The translations under genes and the position numbers were made by a program. This document shows positions 57,891-64,000 of a stretch of 64,000 bases of DNA, piece after piece; position 1 is the first letter of the stretch; the number at the start of each line of letters is the position of its first letter. Under the pieces are notes generated by a model, which ran no database searches, had not been told where the DNA came from, and saw nothing but the letters and a program-made list of their open reading frames with translations. Source of the stretch: Arenicellales bacterium (lineage in GTDB: Bacteria; Pseudomonadota; Gammaproteobacteria; Arenicellales; Poriferihabitantaceae); assembly GCA_965116335.1 (NCBI GenBank), contig OZ220677.1, forward strand, positions 784,834-848,833, written 5' to 3'.

Positions 57891-58571
57891 TCAAGTATTT
57901 TCATTTATGGCAGTGACGGCTTTATAAGTCCGGTCAAGCAAACAATAAAAATCTTCCTCGGAATGTCTCGTATAGGAAGGATGGTAAAAATCAATAACTT
58001 GTATGCCTTCATGTAAGGCTATACGCATATCATAATCCTTGTCCCAGGGCGGGAAAATACCGGACTGTTGAAAACTAATATCCGGGAAAAGTAACGACCA
58101 TAAACGCCCATCAAACCCGATTCCCCCGACAATCACATCAGGACTTATTATTGATACCTGCCGTTGTAGAAATTTCTGGTTATCCTCCGTAGCTTTCAAA
58201 ATTTCATCATAATCTGATGATCTTCCGCCTCCCGTTTTCTTGAGATTCATAAAGGCAATGGACTGAATACTTTTCCGGCATTCATCATCGGAAACCGGAA
58301 GGGATGGAAACCCGTTTAATATACCGTTCGCCCATCGACTCAAACGCCAACTAAATAAATAATCTATCTCCCCTTTTGCCCAATACTCCCTAACATCCCA
58401 CGTTTCCCATTCCGGGTTGTTCGGCTCTTTCATAATAAAAAGAATCTTCGGTTTAGTCTTGTTGTAGGTTTCTTCGCAAATGATACCGTCCGGGTGCATA
58501 CGCTCCGATTCTTCGGGTCTTTCTTTCTTCCACTCTGAAAACAAAACATTCAATTCATCGGTTTTATTCAT
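57891..58571 (-). CDS. hypothetical protein with UDG-superfamily-like motifs
   Basis: 226 aa. KILFIMKEPN at residues ~41-50 and DFYHPSY near residue ~200 resemble UDG-fold motif A (GEAPG-like) and motif B (HPSPL-like) with the usual ~150-aa spacing. Assignment by motif only. Confidence 0.35.
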   Translation of the reverse strand: MNKTDELNVLFSEWKKERPEESERMHPDGIICEETYNKTKPKILFIMKEPNNPEWETWDVREYWAKGEIDYLFSWRLSRWANGILNGFPSLPVSDDECRKSIQSIAFMNLKKTGGGRSSDYDEILKATEDNQKFLQRQVSIISPDVIVGGIGFDGRLWSLLFPDISFQQSGIFPPWDKDYDMRIALHEGIQVIDFYHPSYTRHSEEDFYCLLDRTYKAVTAINENT

Positions 58572-58612
58572 TTCTGTTTTATCGGTTATTGATCGAACCG
58601 TGAATATAATCA

Positions 58613-59804
58613 GGAATCTCTGATTAATTGATCCTCTATTGTATAATGATTTTTTTCATTTTTTATGGCTGGAGATATTTCATGATGCGCCAGAGCACAT
58701 TTTCTGAGATTGGGTTTGATAAATACAGTAAGAGGACACGCAAGGAGCGTTTTCTGGAAGAGATGGAGGAAGTGATTCCGTGGTCGGATTTGTGTGCGGT
58801 GATTGAACCCTTTTATCCGCAACCCAAAGGAGCGGGGCGCAGGCCGATTGGAATAGATCGGATGTTGCGTATTCACTTTTTGCAACACTGGTTCAATCTT
58901 TCGGATCCGGCGGTTGAAGAAGCGTTATATGATTCTCGTTGTATGCGCTGTTTTGCGGGTATTGATCTGGGTCGGGAACCTGCGCCGGATGAGACCACGA
59001 TTTGCAAGTTTCGTCATTTGATGGAGAAGCACAATCTGGGGAGGCGGTTGTTTGTTCTGGTCAATGAGTATTTGGGCGAGAACGGACTGGCAGTGAAGCG
59101 AGGCACGATTGTAGACGCCAGTATTATCGAGGCGCCGAGTTCGACCAAGAACCGGGAGAAAGCACGAGACCCACAGATGCACTCCACGCGCAAGGGCAAC
59201 CAATGGCACTTTGGCATGAAGGCCCATATTGGTGTAGACAGTCACAGCAAGTTGATTCACTCGGTAGCGGCTACGCCAGCGAATGTTCATGATTCACAGG
59301 TTCTGCCTGTTCTTTTGCATGGGAAAGAGACTCGTGTATGGGGAGATTCGGCGTATACGGGTCAGAAGGCGGTGATTGCAAGGGTGGCACCGGATGCGAA
59401 GGACTTTACCCAGGCGAAGGGGGCGCGTAATCGAAAGTTGACGGAGAAGGAACGCGCAATGAATCGCACCAAGTCCCGGGTACGGTCGAAGGTAGAACAT
59501 TCATTTGGCATCATCAAGCGACGGTTTGGTTTTACCAAAGTGCGTTATCGGGGTTTGGAGAAGAACACACATCGACTGGTGGTGGCTTGTGCCTTGAGCA
59601 ATCTGGTGATGGCGAAGAAAGTGCTGTTGAAACCTGGAAGATTGAAACCGCAGGCTACGTGCGCCTGAAATAGGGAAATAAAGAGAAAATCCCTGCCTTT
59701 CCCCGCTCCGGGGTGCTGATTTCAGTCCATTTCGTCCTTCCTGTCTGATGAAATCCCGAATCTATAAAAAATCCATCACAAAACCTGTATTGATCAGACT
59801 TTCC
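58613..59804 (+). mobile_element. IS5-family insertion sequence (1192 bp) with 4-bp target duplication ATCA
   Basis: Terminal inverted repeats GGAATCTCTGATTAATTG (left) and GGAAAGTCTGATCAATAC (right, reverse complement), ~14/17 matching. ATCA lies immediately outside both ends (58609-12 and 59805-08). Confidence 0.8.
58682..59668 (+). CDS. IS5-family transposase
   Basis: MMRQSTFSEIGFDKYSKRTRKERFLEEMEEVIPW...RMLRIHFLQHWFNLSDPAVEEALYDS... is a typical IS5-group (DUF772 + DDE_Tnp_1) transposase. Start at ATG 58682. Confidence 0.9.
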   Translation: MMRQSTFSEIGFDKYSKRTRKERFLEEMEEVIPWSDLCAVIEPFYPQPKGAGRRPIGIDRMLRIHFLQHWFNLSDPAVEEALYDSRCMRCFAGIDLGREPAPDETTICKFRHLMEKHNLGRRLFVLVNEYLGENGLAVKRGTIVDASIIEAPSSTKNREKARDPQMHSTRKGNQWHFGMKAHIGVDSHSKLIHSVAATPANVHDSQVLPVLLHGKETRVWGDSAYTGQKAVIARVAPDAKDFTQAKGARNRKLTEKERAMNRTKSRVRSKVEHSFGIIKRRFGFTKVRYRGLEKNTHRLVVACALSNLVMAKKVLLKPGRLKPQATCA

Positions 59805-59821
59805 ATCATACTTTGCACTAT

Positions 59822-61403
59822 GAGTCTACGCTGTAGGACGATTTTACAGAAAAGCCGATGATTTGGCACAGGATGTAGAATGGGGATGTGGAATGGGTTG
59901 AGAGTTATGCGAATCCTGACGGGCTTTCGGTTGGGTGAACGAGGATCGGGCAGCCCCTCCCCGGAATGTGTCGTAAGGGGCGTTGCAAAGGGCGGTTGCG
60001 ACCGGCAATCCGCCTTCTCAGGGGGTCGCGAGCGTCTGAAGCCGTCTGATGTTCAATGCCAGGCACACAAGCTCCCACTCGCATCGCACCGGGTCGAGAC
60101 CCCGCAGGCTGAAACGACGAAAACCCAGTACTTCCTTGATCCACCCGTTGGGTGCTTCCGACAACCACTTGCGTTGCGCGTATTGTTTGCGTCCCGCAGG
60201 GGTCGACAGTTTCTCGGCCATGCGCGCTTTTGCCGGACACTTCCGGGCATCTACCGCAATGTCCCTCCGCGACTCCCGACCCAAGGCCACATAGCCGTCT
60301 ACGCCGCGACCCTCCAGCGTCGCAAGATCCGACTCGTTGCAGTAGCCCGCATCCGCCAGCACCGTATCTGGACGTTCCCCATAGACCGTCTCCACTTCGT
60401 CCAGCAGCCCCACCAGATGCCCTTGATCACTGGCGTTCGATGTCACCCCACTCGCCACAATCAACTGGTGACTGCCATCCACCACTACCTGCGCGTTGTA
60501 GCACTGTTGGTAGCCTTCCGATGAGGTCTTCATGATCCGGCTCTCGCAGTCTGTGAAATTATCCTGCGCCCGATCGTCCGGCTTGCCGTATTCACGCTTG
60601 TAGGGCCGCCCCCCCTTGGGATTACACCGGCTCCCCGGCTCCCGACCCCGCGCATCGTCCGATTCCCGTTGCCGTGCCTCCAGACGCGCCTTCGCCGCCC
60701 GAATCGCCGCCAACCGATCCTCCCGACGACGCAACGCCTCCGGCAATTCGTCTCCCCGAACCGAATGACCCAGCAATTCGTCCTCCGCAGCATCCGTCCT
60801 CCGTGCCTGTTCCAACAAACCCTCAATCTCCGCCTCCAACTGACCCGCTTTCTCAACCATCCGACCATAGCTCATCGCCTTGCGCTTGCTCGCATTCGCG
60901 CGAACCTTGGTGCCATCAACCGACAACTTGCCAAACTCAACCAAACCCACCTCCCGCGCCAAACGCACCACCTGGGCAAACAAACCTCCAAAATCTACAA
61001 GATGACGACGCCGAAACTCGCAGATCGTCCGGTGACTCGGAAAATTGCCCGCACCCAACAACCGAAACGCCACATCTTCCTCCAGCTTGCACGACAACTT
61101 GCGCGAAGAAAATACACCCGTCGCGTAGCCGTAAATCAGTACCTTCAGCATCATCCGAGGCTCGTAAGGCGACTTGCGCCGACCATCTCCCAGGTAGGGC
61201 GCGTAAAATGCCGTCAAATCCAACCCGTCCACCAAATCACTCACATGGTGTGCCAAATGTCCTTCCGGCAACCAGTCCCGCAAGTCCGGCGGCAATAACA
61301 GTTTCTGATCCGGGTGGTAAGGGCGAAATCTCGTCGGCATCTCAAATATCCTCAATCATTCATTCCAAATATTATCCCAAACCCGTTCCTACAGCGCAAA
61401 CTC
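59822..61403 (-). mobile_element. IS1182-like (IS5/IS1182 superfamily) insertion sequence
   Basis: Inverted ends GAGTCTACGCTGTAGGA (59822) and GAGTTTGCGCTGTAGGA (reverse complement of 61403), enclosing one transposase gene. Confidence 0.7.
60018..61340 (-). CDS. IS1182-like transposase
   Basis: MPTRFRPYHPDQKLLLPPDLRDWLPEGHLAHHVSDLVDGLDL...YEPRMMLKVLIYGYATGVFSSRKL... is the N-terminal DUF772-type domain. It is followed by a coiled-coil and a DDE domain (DAGYCNE). Confidence 0.85.
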   Translation of the reverse strand: MPTRFRPYHPDQKLLLPPDLRDWLPEGHLAHHVSDLVDGLDLTAFYAPYLGDGRRKSPYEPRMMLKVLIYGYATGVFSSRKLSCKLEEDVAFRLLGAGNFPSHRTICEFRRRHLVDFGGLFAQVVRLAREVGLVEFGKLSVDGTKVRANASKRKAMSYGRMVEKAGQLEAEIEGLLEQARRTDAAEDELLGHSVRGDELPEALRRREDRLAAIRAAKARLEARQRESDDARGREPGSRCNPKGGRPYKREYGKPDDRAQDNFTDCESRIMKTSSEGYQQCYNAQVVVDGSHQLIVASGVTSNASDQGHLVGLLDEVETVYGERPDTVLADAGYCNESDLATLEGRGVDGYVALGRESRRDIAVDARKCPAKARMAEKLSTPAGRKQYAQRKWLSEAPNGWIKEVLGFRRFSLRGLDPVRCEWELVCLALNIRRLQTLATP

Positions 61404-61406
61404 CTA

Positions 61407-62625
61407 GTGTCTCGTCATATTTCCTGTGTCGGATATAGTCGTTTTAGTTTGATGCGTGCGTCCTCAGTTGTGAACTGCCAATCCACCTGAGTCTGTAGGC
61501 GGTCCCGTGAGGCTTGCCAGGCAGCGACTTCACGTGCGAGTATATCCATACGGTCGATACGCCGATTCAGGCATTGGCGGTTCATGACGTTGAGTTCGAT
61601 TTCAGCCACATTCAGCCAACTACCGTGCTTTGGGGTATAAACGAACTCGAATCGGTCCCATAGTGCCTTGGCTTGTGCCGGTGGGTAGGCTTCATAGAAT
61701 GCACCGGGACGGTGGGTATTGAGATTGTCCATGACCAGGGTGATGCGGGTGGCATCCCGATAGTGTGCGGCAATGTCGGAGAGGAACTGCGCCCAATCGG
61801 TTCGGGTTCTGCGTTCGGTCACTTGGGTCATCCGCTTGCCAGCCAAAGGTTCGGTGGCCATGAAGACATTGCAGGTTCCACAACGCTGGTACTCGTAGTC
61901 GTATCGGGCGGGCTGTCCCGGACCCATGGCAACCGGCGCACGAGTCTCCCGAATCAATTGGCGCGGTGTCTCGTCCATGCACACCACCGGGAAAGCGGCA
62001 TCGTAGGGACGCCGGTAAACATCCAGAACCTTTTCCATCGCGGCGACGAACTCGGCGTTGCCTTGTGGCGGAATCACCCACCCGACCCGCCGCCATGGCT
62101 TGAGTTCGTTTTTTTTAGAACCCGGCGCACGGTTTCATGGGACACCGCATCAATGTAACCCAGTTCCACAACCCGGTCGGCCAAAAGCCGCAACGACCAT
62201 TGCGCGTAACCCGCCGGAGCTTCACCACAGGCCAAAGCCACCAGACGCGCCTCGAATTCACCGTCAGCCTTACGAATATAGGTGAGCCTGCGCCCTTGGC
62301 GGCCTCCTAGCGCCGCATCCAGACCTTCTTCCACAAACCGCTTCTTCACTCGACCCACCTTGCGCATGCTGATACGGAGTATGTCCGAAATGGCTTCCCC
62401 AGTGGAATGCCGATCATTGAACTCCCCTGCATCGCAGTTGAGCAGGATCAATGCATTGATCACCTTTTGCGACCGATGCGAACCCTTGTTCGTGATACTC
62501 GTCAATTCATCCCGCTCCGCTTCGTCCAACGTCACCCTATAGCGTTTCATACATTCAACCTCGTCTTAACAAGAAAACGAGGAATCTATCATACTATATC
62601 CGACATATCATGCATGACGGGACAC
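61407..62625 (-). mobile_element. IS630-family insertion sequence, copy 2 (same orientation as copy 1, offset 9454 bp)
   Basis: All six ORF-track translations are identical to those of copy 1 and the nucleotides match wherever I compared them. TA flanks at 61405-06 and 62626-27; A8/T8 run at 62109..62116. Confidence 0.9.
61415..62550 (-). CDS. IS630-family transposase (two frames, A8 slippery run), copy 2
   Basis: Identical to 51961..53096. Confidence 0.88.
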
Positions 62626-62652
62626 TAGGAAAGAACTGACAGGCACCGAAAC

Positions 62653-62931
62653 ATGGCAATAGTAGCGATTGACACACTGGCCGCAATGCGGAAGCTGGAA
62701 AAGGCCGGATTCAAGACCGAGTAGGCCGAAGCAGTGGCCGAGGTTATGGCGAACCAGTCCAGCGAACTGGCGACAAAGAGCGATATTGTCTGGCTGCGTT
62801 GGATCTGCGGAGCCATACTTGTGATTGTGGGCGCATTAACCTGGCAAGTGTGCCATCGGCCAGGATGTGGCCGCCCTGGTAGCCACCTTGACGGCGGGCG
62901 GTTGATAGTGCCGTTATCCCGGACTGGATAA
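62653..62931 (+). pseudogene. DUF1640-family protein gene interrupted by an in-frame amber codon
   Basis: MAIVAIDTLAAMRKLEKAGFKTE-TAG(62722..62724)-AEAVAEVMANQSSELATKSDI... The same frame continues as ORF 62734..62931. The N-terminal AIDTL..LEKAGF..AEAVAE pattern is DUF1640-like. Confidence 0.55.
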
Positions 62932-62990
62932 AATCACGGCCAGTGCATCCACAACCCGGCCAGTTGGGAATCCCATCCTACCCGTCCAGA

Positions 62991-63114
62991 TTATATGATT
63001 CCCGTTGCTGCGTCGTTTTGCGGGTATTGATCTGGGTCGGGAACCTGTGCCTGATGAGACCACGATTTGCAAGTTTCGTCATTTGATGGAGCAGCAAAAT
63101 CTGGGGAAGCGGTT
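62991..63114 (+). mobile_element. ~124-bp internal fragment of an IS5-family element (roughly 90% identical by eye to 58925..59048)
   Basis: ttatatgattcccgttgctgcgtcgttttgcgggtattgatctgggtcgggaacctgtgcctgatgagaccacgatttgcaagtttcgtcatttgatgga... aligns with the intact IS5 transposase gene. Confidence 0.8.
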
Positions 63115-63340
63115 AGGTTTTAATGTCTGATCGGTATTCCCGATCAATGCCACCCCTGGTTCCTCCAGTGAACTTGATACTACCGTTTGAGCTTACAATT
63201 TTGACCTGTATGCGTATCAAGGAACCTTCGTCTGTTTCTACGACCATATCGTAAGTGGAATGGAGCAGGTCAACCCGTGAAACGTTGTATCCTCGCTCAA
63301 GTAGTGTGACCAGTAGTCGGCTCTCGTTGAGTGTCCTCAA
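63113..63340 (-). CDS. PD-(D/E)XK endonuclease-fold protein, probably 3'-truncated at the IS5 fragment junction
   Basis: 75 aa. LLVTLLERGYNVSRVDLLHSTYDMVVETDEGSLIRIQVK matches the pattern of small 'group I intron-associated' PD-(D/E)XK nucleases (D...QVK). The stop codon sits exactly at the IS5-fragment boundary. Confidence 0.45.
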   Translation of the reverse strand: MRTLNESRLLVTLLERGYNVSRVDLLHSTYDMVVETDEGSLIRIQVKIVSSNGSIKFTGGTRGGIDREYRSDIKT

Positions 63341-63564
63341 TCACTTGGGATCGGTGGATGTGGGGCTCCTTTTGCTTGTAAACATTTGGCCAGTTTATAG
63401 TACAGATTCGGATTCCCACGTTTACTTTTTGGATCGGGACTGACCGTAGAAATAAATGGAAAAATTCCCTGAGCGGTTATACGAATCCTTCCATCTTTCT
63501 GATTCCAGAAGATGCCTACCTTGTCCAAGTAGACTGTTTTCCCATCTTGGCTGCTTTTTTCCAT
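63337..63564 (-). CDS. hypothetical small protein, 4-nt overlap with the downstream PD-(D/E)XK gene
   Basis: Internal ATG 63564 gives MEKSSQDGKTVYLDKVGIFWNQKDGRIRITAQG...NPNLYYKLAKCLQAKG (75 aa). No family recognised; the ORF-track extension to 63699 is Cys/Arg-rich and looks non-coding. Confidence 0.35.
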   Translation of the reverse strand: MEKSSQDGKTVYLDKVGIFWNQKDGRIRITAQGIFPFISTVSPDPKSKRGNPNLYYKLAKCLQAKGAPHPPIPSD

Positions 63565-63856
63565 GAGTGAGATATTACAACATCTCCTTGATAGTTGCAC
63601 TAAACAGCAGAAGTCACTCGGCATCAAAGCGTTGCCTGAAGCATCTCGGTCTGTATGCACGACACAAGGCCGGTAAGCGATTGTCGTTCTTGCGGGCAAA
63701 ATAGATGCTGGCTGGCAGGGTCGTCTATAATTGCATGGTTTTTGTTGTAGCCCAAAACCGATAACAAGAGCCGATAATACTAAAGTCTCCCCATTTTTCA
63801 GTTATGTACTATATAAGCGTTTGAAAAGGTTGTAGAAAGGTTGGTTATTTTGTGGG

Positions 63857-63922
63857 ATCAGAGTTCTGCTTTTGGTACAATGGTTTTATCGTAAACTACT
63901 GAAACCAAAAGAGAACTCTGAT
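63857..63922 (+). promoter_or_regulatory. 19/20-bp inverted repeat whose right arm covers the first two bases of the ATG of the last (partial) ORF
   Basis: atcagagttctgcttttggt ... 27 nt ... accaaaagagaactctgat (one bulged g), read directly. Confidence 0.35.
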
Positions 63923-64000
63923 GACGAATGATAGCCGGGAACGTAATAAATGGAAAGTCCGAATTACCGATTGTGTGAATCAATCGAGTGAAGTAATCAG
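63921..64000 (+). CDS. partial ORF running off the right edge (MTNDSRERNKWKVRITDCVNQSSEVI...)
   Basis: An open frame from ATG 63921 to the window end; no recognisable family in 26 codons. Confidence 0.2.
   Translation, partial: MTNDSRERNKWKVRITDCVNQSSEVI

Noticed and set aside
53174-61404. The IS630-bounded 8.2-kb segment as a bona fide composite transposon
   Set aside because: The TA flanks are the obligatory IS630 target and therefore uninformative. The cargo is mostly decayed fragments plus two other IS elements, and each IS630 copy has its own TA flanks. I report the twin copies but do not claim a composite transposon.
60669-61438. Pro-rich 209- and 254-aa plus-strand ORFs inside the IS1182-like element
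   Set aside because: They are antisense to the transposase gene, and the extreme Pro/Thr/Arg composition is typical of the reverse frame of a GC-rich gene.
46298-64000. Search for an integrase/recombinase, cas genes, or phage structural genes in the island
   Set aside because: None was found in any frame. The only mobility genes are IS transposases, so the island is not called a prophage or ICE.

Overview
About 46 kb of ordinary gammaproteobacterial-type core chromosome, followed by an ~18 kb accessory island that starts directly after a tRNA-Ser(UGA) gene. The core carries thiC (partial) with a TPP riboswitch, rppH, pmbA-tldD, MATE and MFS transporters, dgkA and an FAH-family hydrolase. It also has an unassigned trio (sulfotransferase-like, maleate-isomerase-like, FrhB-like) and a TRAP transporter/GntR/sugar-acid catabolic locus ending in eda-kdgK. 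The remaining core genes are tRNA(CAU), rpoD-dnaG, leuS-lptE-holA-proA, engB, cytochrome c4, folD, a FabD-like acyltransferase, an HDAC-like protein, dut, rpmG-rpmB, folK-folB, plsY, a SleB-like hydrolase, prfC, uup and pgeF. Small accessory islets sit inside the core: a Fic/HTH 'mobile mystery protein' pair, a DUF4143 AAA+ ATPase and VapBC. A modular hairpin REP/MITE-like repeat family occupies four sites at gene 3' ends. The island (46.3-64 kb) looks AT-richer by eye. It opens with a tightly packed five-gene, same-strand cassette: a beta-class SPPY DNA methyltransferase, a short BglII/BamHI-like nuclease, a ParB-like protein, an SNF2 helicase and a DUF3883 nuclease-fold protein. I consider the ParB-like/SNF2/DUF3883 triad, possibly working with the methyltransferase, the best candidate for an undescribed defence system. 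Behind it lie two indistinguishable IS630-family copies with an A8 frameshift site, an IS5-family and an IS1182-like element, and a field of intact and decayed genes. These include a higA remnant, an orphan AAA ATPase, a GCS2 ligase, AbiEi with a truncated AbiEii, a UDG-fold-like protein paired with a pentapeptide-repeat protein, an amber-interrupted DUF1640 gene and a truncated PD-(D/E)XK gene. No rRNA, CRISPR array or integrase was seen. All family assignments rest on motif reading by eye, not on database searches.
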